64,000 nucleotides of DNA from an uncultured Prevotellaceae bacterium (GTDB taxonomy: Bacteria; Bacillota_I; Bacilli_A; RFN20; CAG-288). A program made the position numbers and the translations under genes. The stretch is taken from assembly GCA_963653505.1 (NCBI GenBank), contig CAVJWL010000003.1, positions 2,403 through 66,402 on the forward strand, in the 5' to 3' direction. This document shows, piece by piece, positions 19,984 through 30,316 of the stretch. The notes beneath the pieces are model-generated. The model searched no databases and was not told the origin of the DNA. It saw only the letters and a list, made by a program, of their open reading frames with translations. Position 1 is the first letter of the stretch. Every line of letters begins with the position of its first letter.

Positions 19984-20985
19984 TCATTCTGATTTAAGGC
20001 TTCGATGCATCAATTCTTCAACTACTTCAGATGGTATTTTATTTTCAAAGAGAATTTCATAAACACTCTGAGTTATTGGAACTTGAACATTCAATCTACT
20101 CGCTTCTTTATAAATCAATCTACTTGCTTCAATACCTTCAACTGTTGTTTTATTATTTTTTAAGAATTCAACAGCAGAATTTGCTTTACCAATTTCATAT
20201 CCAGCAGTGAAATTTCTTGAAGTAGTGCTCGAACAAGTTAAAAACAAATCTCCAATTCCAGTAAGTCCTAAAAATGTTTTTTCTTTAGCGCCTTTTAAGA
20301 TACCAAATCTAGTTATTTCAGCCAACCCTCTTGTTATCAATGCAGCTCTAGAATTATTTTCATATCCTAAACCTGTCAAAATACCACTTGCGATTGCGAT
20401 GATATTTTTCATACCTGCACCGATTTCAGCACCGATGACATCATCTTGAGTGTAAACTCTAAAATAAGAATTCGAAAATAATTTTTGAATTTCAACATTG
20501 AGTTTTGGATTATTACCAACAGCACAGATAGCTGAATTTTGTCTTTTGATAACTTCTTTAGCAAATGTTGGTCCCATAAGGGAAACAACACCTTGAATTT
20601 TATCTTCAGGAATCAAATCCTCTAGCATTTTTGTCATGCCTTCAAAAGTGACAGGATCAAATCCTTTAGCGACATTTACAAGTATTGGTTTATTATTTAA
20701 ATGAGGTAAAAAATTTGATACTGCATTTCTAATTTGAGAAGAAGGAACACCAAGAACTATAACATCAACATCTTTTAAAGCATCACATAATGATGTAGTA
20801 CACATTGTACTATCATGAAGTTTATTATCATCCAAATATTTTTTATTAGAATGGAAGTTATTTATCTCTTCTTTTTGTTCTTCATTCAAGGAATATAAGA
20901 TAGTATTATGACCATTATCAGCAATCACTTTGCTAAGTGCACTATTCCAAGCACCAGCTCCAATAAATGTTACATTCATAATCAT
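19984..20985 (-). CDS. gpsA: NAD(P)H-dependent glycerol-3-phosphate dehydrogenase
   Basis: FIGAGAWNSALS N-terminal NAD fold and GxKN.../TxxSxxSRN-like motifs (CSSTTSRNFTAGYEIG). 333 aa. Confidence 0.85.
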   Translation of the reverse strand: MIMNVTFIGAGAWNSALSKVIADNGHNTILYSLNEEQKEEINNFHSNKKYLDDNKLHDSTMCTTSLCDALKDVDVIVLGVPSSQIRNAVSNFLPHLNNKPILVNVAKGFDPVTFEGMTKMLEDLIPEDKIQGVVSLMGPTFAKEVIKRQNSAICAVGNNPKLNVEIQKLFSNSYFRVYTQDDVIGAEIGAGMKNIIAIASGILTGLGYENNSRAALITRGLAEITRFGILKGAKEKTFLGLTGIGDLFLTCSSTTSRNFTAGYEIGKANSAVEFLKNNKTTVEGIEASRLIYKEASRLNVQVPITQSVYEILFENKIPSEVVEELMHRSLKSE

Positions 20986-21662
20986 TTTTTACTGTGCAAA
21001 TAGAATTTGCTTTCTTGATGATTCTTCAATTTTATAAAATTAGGATAATGTCTTAAGATGACAAGCATTGCTGAACAAATGGAAAGTGCCTTGACAACAT
21101 AACATATATATTGTCCTTCGATAAAATTAGGGATATTGAAAAGTGAAATTCCAATCGGACCTAAAAATGTGAATACACAAGAAGCAATAGACATATATCT
21201 AACTGTGAATAATAAAAGCATAAATATAGCTAAGCAAATTAAACCAACACGATAATCAACAAAGAATAAAGTAGCAGCGCCTGCGATAAATGCTTTGCCT
21301 CCCTTAAATTTATAAAAAATAGGGAAACAATGACCTAACATGCAACAAAATCCGCTGAATTCAGCTCCAAATTGCCACATACAATCAGCAATCAAATATT
21401 TAAAGCATAGAGCAGTAACCATCACTGGAACTAATGTTTTCATCCAATCTAAAACTAAAACCATCCAACTAGAGAATTTATTTCCATAGGTTCTTTTAAA
21501 GTTTGTAAAACCAGGATTACCGCTTCCTTTAGTTCTAATATCTTCGTGATATAAAGCTTTTGACATGATGATAGCAAAATTGACAGAGCCGCATATATAA
21601 GACACTAAAGCAATCCCTATAAGAATCAAATAGAACCAATAATAATTGAATACAGTTGGCAT
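20982..21662 (-). CDS. plsY: Glycerol-3-phosphate acyltransferase PlsY (acyl-phosphate dependent)
   Basis: KGSGNPGFTN motif, multi-TM, 226 aa. Overlaps the gpsA start. Confidence 0.85.
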   Translation of the reverse strand: MPTVFNYYWFYLILIGIALVSYICGSVNFAIIMSKALYHEDIRTKGSGNPGFTNFKRTYGNKFSSWMVLVLDWMKTLVPVMVTALCFKYLIADCMWQFGAEFSGFCCMLGHCFPIFYKFKGGKAFIAGAATLFFVDYRVGLICLAIFMLLLFTVRYMSIASCVFTFLGPIGISLFNIPNFIEGQYICYVVKALSICSAMLVILRHYPNFIKLKNHQESKFYLHSKK

Positions 21663-21665
21663 ATT

Positions 21666-23324
21666 TTACTCCAATACAAGGATATAATCGTAGATATCTT
21701 GTTGTCCTAGGATCACTTGACATTCTAAATACGGATTTGTCTTTTTCAATTCATCAACTATCTTTTGAGCATCAGCACTATATCCATATTTACCGACAAC
21801 AATCAAAAGCAAGCCGAAATTATCTAAATCAAATTTTTTCAAAGCATTCAAAGAAACAGAAATTGTATCTTTATCATTTGCAAGAATATTTTTGTTATCT
21901 ACAGCCAAATAATCACCTTTGTGAATATCAAAGCCATTCAGAGAAGAATCGCGAATTGATTTAGATACTTCGATTGTCTTGACACCTTCGATAGAATTCA
22001 TGAAATTTTCTTTTATTTCTTCAAGATTGTTAGATGTAAAATCAATCATTTGCAATGCAGAGAACGCTTGTCCGATATCTTTTGTAGGAATTACAATGAT
22101 ATCACTTCCTTTATACATTGAAGCTGCTTGATTACAAGCCATGATGATATTTGAATTATTAGGAAATACGAATATGTGATCCGCATTAGATAAATCAAAT
22201 GATTTGATGAAATCTTCACTTGATGGATTCATTGTTTGACCACCATCGATGACAACATCAGCTCCAAAATTTAAAAATGCATCTTTGATTCCTGAACCAG
22301 AGGCCACAGTAACAACACCATATGGATGACGTTTTTTCTTGATCGGAACTCCGCTTTGAATCAATTCGTTTTTTTCTTTTTCTCTGACTTCTTGATTTTG
22401 AAGCATCATATTTTCGATTTTAATAGTCAAAAATTCACCATACTTTTGAGCAAACTCTAAAACTTTATATGGTTCAAAGGTATGAACATGTACTTTGACA
22501 ATAGTTCCAGTTTTAAAACAAACAATTGAATTTCCAATCGTTTTTAAATAATCGATGAATGTTGTTTCTTTAAAATTATCGACATCACATTTTGATTTTT
22601 GTAAACGAACAAGAATCTCAGTGCAATATCCGTATTCCATCACCATATCAGATGTGAATAAATCAGGATTTATCTTAACACCTACTTCTTTTGTCTCTTC
22701 ATTTTCTACACTGATATCTTCACCTATCAAGGTTTTATACATTCCTTCGATGATGTAAATAAGACCAGCACCACCGCTATCGACAACATCAGCTTCTTTT
22801 AATACAGCTAAAAGATTTGGTGTATTAGCTAAAGAAACTTTAGCTGCTTTAATCCAATTGTTTAAATATTCATCAATAGATTCAACATCACTATTTGTAT
22901 TTTCAGTCGCTTCTCTTGCAACAGTCAAAATAGTGCCTTCGGTTGGTGTGATAACAGAAGCATAAGCTCTTTTAACTGCACATTTAAAGGCAAATGCTAA
23001 AGTTGTAACATCAGCAAAAACATGTCCAACTAATCCAGAGCTCAAACCAGCAAAAAATTGAGATAAAATGACACCAGAATTTCCTCTAGCACCTAAAAGC
23101 ATTCCCTGAGAAATTGTTTGGGACATGTGTTCTAAATCAACAGTTTCATCTTTAACGGCTTCGATTCCACCATCAATTGTCATCTTCATGTTTTTTCCAG
23201 TATCTCCATCAGGAATTGGAAAAACATTCAGATCATTCACTTCTTGCTCATGAAGATGAAGTAAACGACTTCCACCTTGAATCAGATGGAAATAATCGTT
23301 ACCTGAGAGTTTGACAGTAGACAT
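21666..23324 (-). CDS. fakA: DAK2-domain fusion protein (YloV family), fatty acid kinase ATP-binding subunit FakA-type
   Basis: 552 aa. The N-terminal DhaL/Dak2-like domain has PIPDGDTGKNM. Length and position directly after a DegV gene fit FakA. Confidence 0.7.
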   Translation of the reverse strand: MSTVKLSGNDYFHLIQGGSRLLHLHEQEVNDLNVFPIPDGDTGKNMKMTIDGGIEAVKDETVDLEHMSQTISQGMLLGARGNSGVILSQFFAGLSSGLVGHVFADVTTLAFAFKCAVKRAYASVITPTEGTILTVAREATENTNSDVESIDEYLNNWIKAAKVSLANTPNLLAVLKEADVVDSGGAGLIYIIEGMYKTLIGEDISVENEETKEVGVKINPDLFTSDMVMEYGYCTEILVRLQKSKCDVDNFKETTFIDYLKTIGNSIVCFKTGTIVKVHVHTFEPYKVLEFAQKYGEFLTIKIENMMLQNQEVREKEKNELIQSGVPIKKKRHPYGVVTVASGSGIKDAFLNFGADVVIDGGQTMNPSSEDFIKSFDLSNADHIFVFPNNSNIIMACNQAASMYKGSDIIVIPTKDIGQAFSALQMIDFTSNNLEEIKENFMNSIEGVKTIEVSKSIRDSSLNGFDIHKGDYLAVDNKNILANDKDTISVSLNALKKFDLDNFGLLLIVVGKYGYSADAQKIVDELKKTNPYLECQVILGQQDIYDYILVLE

Positions 23325-23327
23325 AAA

Positions 23328-24227
23328 TTAGTTACCTTGATTTACTCTATAAGTGACTTCATTACCGAAAGCCCAAACACCGATAGTATCTGGTCCAACG
23401 CAAGCGCCGACAATAGGTCCGATGTAAAGAGTATAAATATCACGGCATGGAATTTCTTTCTTGATCAAATCTTTCAATAAATTTAAATCTTCTTCAGAAC
23501 AATCAGCATGTCCGATATATACAGTTTGATTTTCACTATCAGTGATGACATCCTTTAAACTATCGACAATCATCTTAATGGAAGCAAGTCTTCCCTTTGC
23601 TTTTTTGATTGGAGTTTGAACACCATCAGCATCGGAGATAAGAACCGGTTTAACACCGAATAAATTGCCGAAGAATGCTTTGCTAGCGGTGACTCTTCCA
23701 GACTTTTTAAGCCAATCAAGAGAGGCGACAGTTGCGAATTGATTGACATTATTTCTCTTTTTCATTGCCTCGTTGTAAACAGTATCTATATCTTTGCCAG
23801 CTTTAACAAGTTCAGCTGCATAGATAGCAAGAATTCCTTCACCGACAGTAGCATTTAAAGAATTGACACAATAAATAGTTGCATCTGGATATTCTTTGAG
23901 AAGTTCTTTAGCTACGACAATACCAGTATTGACACTGCCTGATTGTTTTAAAGAACAACCGACATAAACAATATCCATTCCTTTATCTAAGTATAAACGG
24001 AAAATACGATTGAATTCTTCAACTGGAACTTGAGTAGTAGTTGTACGTTCACCATTTCTCATGGTTTGGTAAAAATCATGTGGTGATATCTTTTCCCATG
24101 AAAGACTAGCTACAGATTGAACATCATGATAAACAGTGTTCATTCTTGCATAATCGATATCATATTTTGCTAAAAGTTCATCGTTAAGATCACCACAAGA
24201 ATCTGTCAAAATTTTAATTGGTCTCAT
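23328..24227 (-). CDS. DegV-family fatty-acid-binding protein (FakB-type)
   Basis: 299 aa. IKILTDSCGDL start and overall DegV pattern. 3-nt gap to the fakA-like gene. Confidence 0.75.
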   Translation of the reverse strand: MRPIKILTDSCGDLNDELLAKYDIDYARMNTVYHDVQSVASLSWEKISPHDFYQTMRNGERTTTTQVPVEEFNRIFRLYLDKGMDIVYVGCSLKQSGSVNTGIVVAKELLKEYPDATIYCVNSLNATVGEGILAIYAAELVKAGKDIDTVYNEAMKKRNNVNQFATVASLDWLKKSGRVTASKAFFGNLFGVKPVLISDADGVQTPIKKAKGRLASIKMIVDSLKDVITDSENQTVYIGHADCSEEDLNLLKDLIKKEIPCRDIYTLYIGPIVGACVGPDTIGVWAFGNEVTYRVNQGN

Positions 24228-24555
24228 ATATTATGTCTCCTTATTAATTATTTAAGACTAATTGTTATTTTAGCGCATATTTAAATCAAATCAAATATTT
24301 ATGTTTATGTTCTAATTATTAATTCTTTTAACTATTTTAATTTTTATATTATACATCTGTAATATTGAAGATTTTTCTATGATTGTTGCCTATTTTCTTA
24401 ATTTTTGTCCAATATTTTTAAAGCATTCAATCATTAGATATAACTAACATTTTATGAGCTAAAAATCACCAAAAAAATTTTTTAATACCATTTTTATATA
24501 TTTTAAATACTCGATTATTATTATATTTTCCTTAGAATTTCTATTTTAATGAAGA

Positions 24556-24580
24556 AACAATTTCAACAATTTAAAATTGT
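24556..24580. promoter_or_regulatory. Candidate operator upstream of nrdD: three ACAATTT half-sites (two direct, one inverted, giving the palindrome ACAATTTAAAATTGT)
   Basis: aacaattt (24556-63), aacaattt (24565-72) and aaaattgt (24573-80), about 120 nt upstream of the nrdD ATG. Confidence 0.25.
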
Positions 24581-24699
24581 CATTATGTTTCATAAAATTT
24601 TCATAATGTAATTATATTTTTTTTAAATTATAATGATAAAGAAATTTGTTGAAAATTGATTGACGTTAATGTCATTTAGTTCTCTGGAGGTGTATTGCT

Positions 24700-27000
24700 A
24701 TGATGTATTATGATGAAACTCTAGATGGGAACATGAGTATTGAAGACCCTAAAATTTGTGTTATGAAACGTTCTGGTGAACGTGTTCCTTTTAATAGAAT
24801 TAAAATCGCCAGTGCTATCCGTAAAGCTAATAATGAAGAAGGTATTGTTTCTGAACGTCTTACTGAAGAACAAATAAATATGATAGCTTACGGCATCATG
24901 AAAGATGCAACTAATGCTGGTAGAGATCTTTCAGTTGAAGAAATTCAGGATAAAGTCGAAGATGCTTTGATGAGCTCTGGAAAATATAAGGTCGCACGTC
25001 TTTATATCACATATCGTTATAAACATAATGAAGATAGAAAGATGAGTGATATCGACCAAAAGATTTCTGGTGTTGTTGAAAGAGATAACGAAGAAGTAAA
25101 GCAAGAAAACTCCAATAAAAATCCAACCATTCTTTCTGTTCAAAGAGATTATATGGCTGGCGAATGGAGTAGATACTACACCAACAAATATCTCCTTCCT
25201 GATGATATTTGTATGGCTCATAAAGAAGGTATCATTCATTTCCATGATGCTGATTACTTCGCTCAACACATGCACAATTGCGATTTGGTAAATTTAGAGG
25301 ATATGCTCCAAAACGGAACTTGTATCAGCGGAACTCATATCGATACTCCTCATTCTTTCTTAACAGCTTGCACTGTCGCAAGTCAAATTGTCGCTCAAGT
25401 AGCTTCTAGTCAATATGGTGGACAGACAATCACAATGTCGCACTTAGCTCCTTTCGTTGATACCAGCAGAAAAAAGATTGCTAAGAGATTCAAAGAAGAA
25501 TTTTTAGAAACTGGCATCGTTGCTGATGAAGAAAAATTCAATGAATTAGTTGAAAAAGAAGTAAGAAAAGAAGTTGAAAGCGGATGTCAGACTATTCAAT
25601 ATCAGTTGATAACCTTACAATCAACCAATGGACAAGCTCCTTTTGTAACTGTCTTTTTATATTTGAACGAAGTACCTGAAGGTCAAACTAGAAAAGATTT
25701 AGCTATGATTATCGAAGTCATGCTGAAGCAAAGAATTCTCGGTGTCAAAGATAGAACAGGAGCCTATATCACACCTGCATTTCCTAAATTAATTTATGTT
25801 CTTCAAGAAAATAATATCGAAGAAGGAAGTGAATTCTATTATTTGACTGAACTTGCTGCTAAGTGTTCAGCTAAGAGAATGGTTCCAGATTATATCTCTG
25901 AGAAAAAAGCATTAGAATTAAAAGGTGATTGTTTCCCGTGTATGGGTTGTAGAAGCTTTTTAACTGCTGATAGATTCACTGATAATGGCGTCGGAAATAT
26001 TTCTCATGCCTTAGATTATATTCCAGGAAGACATCGTTATTACGGACGTTTCAATCAAGGTGTTGTCACTATAAATTTAGTTGATGTTGCCTGTTCATCT
26101 GGTAAGAATATGGAAAAATTCTGGTCCATTTTCAATGCTAGATTAGCATTGTGTCATAAAGCACTTAGAATCCGTCATGAAAGATTATTAGGTACTCCAA
26201 GTGATGTCGCACCAATTTTGTGGCAAGATGGAGCTTTAGCAAGATTAAAACCAGGAGAAACAATCGATAAATTACTTTACGATGGATATTCAACAATCTC
26301 TTTAGGATATGCTGGACTAGCTGAATGCGTCTATTATATGACTGGACAATCCCACACCTCAGAAGAAGGTGAAAAATTCGGATTAGAAGTCATGCAATTA
26401 TTGAATGATTGTTGTGCTAAATGGAAGAAAGAAGAAAATATCGATTATTCCGTTTATGGAACCCCTCTTGAATCAACAACTTATAAATTTGCTAGATGTT
26501 TACAAAAGAGATTCGGATTCATCAAAGGAGTTACTGATCATAACTACATCACCAATTCCTATCATGTCAATGTCAGAGAAAATATCTCCGCTTTTGATAA
26601 ACTCAGCAAAGAATCTGAATTCCAAAAATTATCACCAGGTGGTGCTGTAAGTTACGTTGAGGTCCCTAATTTAACAAATAATATTCCAGCTGTTATCGCA
26701 ATATTAAAGCATATCTACACGACTATCTTATACGCTGAACTCAATTCAAAAAGTGATTTATGCGAAGTTTGCGGATTCACTGGTGAAATAAAAATAGTCA
26801 AAGACCAAACCGGAAAATTAGTTTGGGAATGTCCAAAATGCGGAAATCGTGAACAAAGTAAGATGCATGTTGCAAGAAGAACTTGTGGATATATCGGAAC
26901 TCAATTTTGGAATCAAGGAAGAACCCAAGAAATTCAAGATCGTGTTCTTCATGTTTCCGTTCAAACTTACGATGTAGAAGAAAACAAAGATAAAGAATAA
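24700..27000 (+). CDS. nrdD: Anaerobic ribonucleoside-triphosphate reductase (class III)
   Basis: N-terminal ATP-cone (VMKRSGERVPFNRIKIASAI), C-terminal Zn ribbon (CEVCG...CPKCG) and glycyl-radical motif RRTCGYIG. SD GGAGGTG. Confidence 0.9.
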   Translation: MMYYDETLDGNMSIEDPKICVMKRSGERVPFNRIKIASAIRKANNEEGIVSERLTEEQINMIAYGIMKDATNAGRDLSVEEIQDKVEDALMSSGKYKVARLYITYRYKHNEDRKMSDIDQKISGVVERDNEEVKQENSNKNPTILSVQRDYMAGEWSRYYTNKYLLPDDICMAHKEGIIHFHDADYFAQHMHNCDLVNLEDMLQNGTCISGTHIDTPHSFLTACTVASQIVAQVASSQYGGQTITMSHLAPFVDTSRKKIAKRFKEEFLETGIVADEEKFNELVEKEVRKEVESGCQTIQYQLITLQSTNGQAPFVTVFLYLNEVPEGQTRKDLAMIIEVMLKQRILGVKDRTGAYITPAFPKLIYVLQENNIEEGSEFYYLTELAAKCSAKRMVPDYISEKKALELKGDCFPCMGCRSFLTADRFTDNGVGNISHALDYIPGRHRYYGRFNQGVVTINLVDVACSSGKNMEKFWSIFNARLALCHKALRIRHERLLGTPSDVAPILWQDGALARLKPGETIDKLLYDGYSTISLGYAGLAECVYYMTGQSHTSEEGEKFGLEVMQLLNDCCAKWKKEENIDYSVYGTPLESTTYKFARCLQKRFGFIKGVTDHNYITNSYHVNVRENISAFDKLSKESEFQKLSPGGAVSYVEVPNLTNNIPAVIAILKHIYTTILYAELNSKSDLCEVCGFTGEIKIVKDQTGKLVWECPKCGNREQSKMHVARRTCGYIGTQFWNQGRTQEIQDRVLHVSVQTYDVEENKDKE

Positions 27001-27006
27001 AAAATC

Positions 27007-27033
27007 ATCCCTTTGCAGTGCAAAGGGATTTTA
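27007..27033 (+). terminator. Hairpin between nrdD and nrdG (weak terminator/attenuator or mRNA-stabilising stem)
   Basis: atccctttgc-agt-gcaaagggat perfect 10-bp stem followed by only a short TTTT. Confidence 0.4.
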
Positions 27034-27048
27034 TAAAGAGGTGTATTT

Positions 27049-27570
27049 ATGCATATATGTCAAATCATCAAATCTGATGTTGCTAACGGAATTGGTTTTC
27101 GTCTCAGCCTATTTGTTTCTGGATGTACTAATCACTGTCCGTTTTGCTTTCAAAAACAAACATGGGATTTCAATTACGGACGTCAATACAACGATGAGAT
27201 TGAAAAAGCGATACTTCTCGAACTTGAAAAGCCCTATTATGATGGGCTAACAATTCTCGGTGGTGAGCCTATGGAACCCCAAAATCAAGAAGGCATTATC
27301 TCACTTATAAAGAAAGTCAAAGCAATCAAAAATAAAACCATATGGATTTACACCGGTTTTCTTTACGAAGATTTATTACCAGGTGGAAAAAGATATGGTG
27401 AATTTACAGATGAGATACTAGACAACATCGATGTTCTTGTCGATGGTCAATATATCGAAGATTTGAAGGATGTATCTTTGAATTACCGTGGTTCTTCTAA
27501 TCAAAGAATAATTTTGATGAAAAAGACAAGAGAAACCAATCAAATCGTTTTATCTCCTTTAAATAACTAA
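27049..27570 (+). CDS. nrdG: Anaerobic ribonucleotide reductase activating protein (radical SAM)
   Basis: GCTNHCPFCFQ (CxxxCxxC). 173 aa, directly downstream of nrdD. Confidence 0.85.
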   Translation: MHICQIIKSDVANGIGFRLSLFVSGCTNHCPFCFQKQTWDFNYGRQYNDEIEKAILLELEKPYYDGLTILGGEPMEPQNQEGIISLIKKVKAIKNKTIWIYTGFLYEDLLPGGKRYGEFTDEILDNIDVLVDGQYIEDLKDVSLNYRGSSNQRIILMKKTRETNQIVLSPLNN

Positions 27571-27571
27571 G

Positions 27572-27621
27572 AAAAAAACTATTACGAATAAGCAAAACGC
27601 TTATCTTGTAATAGTTTTTTA
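27572..27621. terminator. Bidirectional terminator between nrdG and a convergent membrane-protein gene
   Basis: A-run, actattacgaataagc / gcttatcttgtaatagt imperfect stem, then a T-run. Confidence 0.6.
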
Positions 27622-27625
27622 ATTA

Positions 27626-28258
27626 TTAGGAATTCAAGGCTTTAATCGCAGTCACACCGACGAATGTCGATAAGATTTGAAGAACAGCTTCAAGCATCAA
27701 AATGACACCGAGAATAATGAGTTGGACATTATATCCGATGATTGGATATCCATCTTTTGTAACTAAACATAATGATCCGAAGATGATTGCGAATAATGCG
27801 ACAAGAGTCATAACGATTGTTGGAGCAATTTTTTGTTTGACCTCTTTATAGCGGAAGAAGAAAAAGAATCCGTAAAGACAATCAGCAAGAAGAATGGCAC
27901 CTAAGACAATCATGACAATCGGAATGAATGATAGAGTTAAATTGATCAAAGTTCCAACTGTTTTTGTTGTAACAAACCAAATGCCTACTGATAAGAGAAG
28001 TCCTGAGACAACACTTGATGACATCAAGCTTTTCTTTGTGATGAATAATAAGATTAAAGAAGCGAATAGAGAAATGCTTGAAACGACGATAAGAGTAATA
28101 CCTAATACCATCGAAATTGCGTTCATCGAATCAATTGAAGATGATGAACCATAAGTTGCACCGGAAATGATGCAAAGGATTCCAACGACAAAAACCAAGA
28201 CATTGGTAATCCATTTTCCTAATGATTTTTTAATTAATTCCATATTTTTAAACCTCAA
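27626..28258 (-). CDS. Multi-pass integral membrane protein, function unknown
   Basis: 210 aa with about six hydrophobic segments. No catalytic motif recognised. Confidence 0.45.
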   Translation of the reverse strand: MRFKNMELIKKSLGKWITNVLVFVVGILCIISGATYGSSSSIDSMNAISMVLGITLIVVSSISLFASLILLFITKKSLMSSSVVSGLLLSVGIWFVTTKTVGTLINLTLSFIPIVMIVLGAILLADCLYGFFFFFRYKEVKQKIAPTIVMTLVALFAIIFGSLCLVTKDGYPIIGYNVQLIILGVILMLEAVLQILSTFVGVTAIKALNS

Positions 28259-28277
28259 TAAACAATTGTATCATATT

Positions 28278-29480
28278 TTAAGCCAAATTGTTAAAGATAG
28301 TTTCACAAGTTGTCAAATAATCATTTGATTTCGGTTCTAATAAATAAACATTCTTTGAATTATATAACGGATTTAAATACATCGGATATTTATTCAAGAA
28401 TTCTTTTAAACTCAGTGAATTATCGCTATCTTCATAATACATCTCACCTTCATCTGCATTTTTGGTGAATAATTCATCAACTTCTTTCAATGTTGGTGAA
28501 TATCCGATGGTTCTTGCATTTTGATAGGCGTTTTCAGGATTCATCATGAAATTGATAAAGGCATTTGCTAATGTTTCATTTTGACAAGTAGTCGGGATCA
28601 CCATAGAATCAAAGAAACAAGCAGTTGTATTTGGTATATATACATGGAAATTATCATTTTGAACTTTTGATTCACTGCAAAGCAAATAAAGAGTATCAAA
28701 GAAATCTCCTAGTTGGGTATAACAAAAATCAAGTGTTCCATTAGCGACATTTCTTTTCAAAGAATCATCCCCGAATTCATCGAATTTGATTTCTTTTAAA
28801 CTTTTGATGATATCTGACTTCAATTCTGAATCAAAATCATTCTCTTTCTTTCCATCATAGGAAGTGATATTCGGATCTAAAACTTTAGATAATAAATAAG
28901 AAGAAACAATCCAACGAGCTGTTGAATACATACCAATTTTCACATCTTCTTTGAATAGACTTCGATTATAAAAACTTGCAAATCCATTATTTTCAATAAC
29001 TTCTTGAACATCATCTTTCTGACTGTTGTACAAAATAGAATAAGCACCCCAAAAATATGGCATATAATACGAATTGAATTCGTTATTTTCATCATTGACC
29101 ATATAGGTTTTCATAATGTTAGATAATGATGAATTGAACATAGTTTTATAGGACGATAGATATTTATAATTAGAATCATCAACCTTCATCTGTTTCAACT
29201 TTCCTTCATTATAAAGTTGATGAACAGTATAATCTCCTGGAATTGCAACATCATACTCAGTAGTATTTGATGTTATTTTTTGATACATAGCTTCAGAAGA
29301 AGTGACTGTTTCTTCAATGACTTGACAATGATATTCTTTTTGGAACTTCTCGATCAAAGAATGATCGATATATTCACCCCAATTGAGAAAATAAAGAATA
29401 TTATTCGGTGTCATCAAAACAGAGACTGCAAAAATAGTGAATAAAACCAAAGCAGAAAAAGCAGCGATAACCTTTTTCAT
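28278..29480 (-). CDS. potD: Spermidine/putrescine-type ABC transporter substrate-binding protein (PotD-like)
   Basis: N-terminal anchor then LYFLNWGEYID...YDVAIPGDY pattern typical of PotD/PotF. Last gene of the potABC-like operon. Confidence 0.65.
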   Translation of the reverse strand: MKKVIAAFSALVLFTIFAVSVLMTPNNILYFLNWGEYIDHSLIEKFQKEYHCQVIEETVTSSEAMYQKITSNTTEYDVAIPGDYTVHQLYNEGKLKQMKVDDSNYKYLSSYKTMFNSSLSNIMKTYMVNDENNEFNSYYMPYFWGAYSILYNSQKDDVQEVIENNGFASFYNRSLFKEDVKIGMYSTARWIVSSYLLSKVLDPNITSYDGKKENDFDSELKSDIIKSLKEIKFDEFGDDSLKRNVANGTLDFCYTQLGDFFDTLYLLCSESKVQNDNFHVYIPNTTACFFDSMVIPTTCQNETLANAFINFMMNPENAYQNARTIGYSPTLKEVDELFTKNADEGEMYYEDSDNSLSLKEFLNKYPMYLNPLYNSKNVYLLEPKSNDYLTTCETIFNNLA

Positions 29481-30316
29481 TTTTGTTTACTTCCTTTCTT
29501 TTTCTTATTTATTTTTAAAGAAACAAGAAGAACGATAGCTAATGTAATGAATGTCAAAAGAGCATTGAATGCGTAACTTCCAGCCGAGAAATTTCTCTTA
29601 GTATACGAAGAATAAACATAATTTGAGAAATTAGAGAAACCATTACCTTGAGTATAAAATGAGATGACAAAATCATCGATAGACAAGGTGAAAGAAATCA
29701 AAGCACCCATCAATATTGATGTTGAAAGAGAGGGGATTACAACTTTGACTAATGCCTTCCAAGGCGGACAACCTAAATCTCTTGCAGCTTCATACAATGA
29801 TTCATCTGTCTGTTCAAGTTTTGGTAAAATCATCAAAATGACATACGGAAGAGTGAAGAAAATATGAGCGATAAGCATCGTAGTAAAACCGAATATATTA
29901 GGAATTAATGGTTTGAGCAAAGAGAAGACAATCATGATGGAAATACCAGTGACAATTTCAGAATTAAGCATAGGAATTTCATTTAAAAAATCCATTGCTT
30001 TTCTAGCCTTTTTATCAAGTGCATTTAAACCGATTGAAATAAATAATCCTGCAAAAGTTGAGATAAAAGTAGCCCAGAAAGAAACTAATAAAGAATCCAA
30101 GATAGAAGTGTACAACTGTTTGTTTGTGAATATCTCTTTGAAATTGTTCAAAGTAAATCCACCCCATTGCAGTGGAGAAATAGAATTTGCAGTTGCATTG
30201 AAAGCTTGATAGATGATGACAAAGAGTGGAATATACATCGAAGAGAAGACTAAAAATACAAAGATGATTTTGAAGATTGAAAAAAGAATGTGTCCAATAT
30301 TATTTTTCTCTAGCAT
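29477..30316 (-). CDS. potC: Spermidine/putrescine ABC transporter permease
   Basis: Six-TM BPD-type permease with EAARDLGCPPWKALVKVVIP (EAA loop). Confidence 0.75.
   Translation of the reverse strand: MLEKNNIGHILFSIFKIIFVFLVFSSMYIPLFVIIYQAFNATANSISPLQWGGFTLNNFKEIFTNKQLYTSILDSLLVSFWATFISTFAGLFISIGLNALDKKARKAMDFLNEIPMLNSEIVTGISIMIVFSLLKPLIPNIFGFTTMLIAHIFFTLPYVILMILPKLEQTDESLYEAARDLGCPPWKALVKVVIPSLSTSILMGALISFTLSIDDFVISFYTQGNGFSNFSNYVYSSYTKRNFSAGSYAFNALLTFITLAIVLLVSLKINKKKKGSKQK

Noticed and set aside
24228-24699. The 470-bp AT-rich nrdD leader, considered as a possible riboswitch or small RNA.
   Set aside because: I could not recognise any conserved riboswitch core, such as a B12 box, or a stable GC-containing structure. 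The only notable feature is the half-site cluster reported separately.
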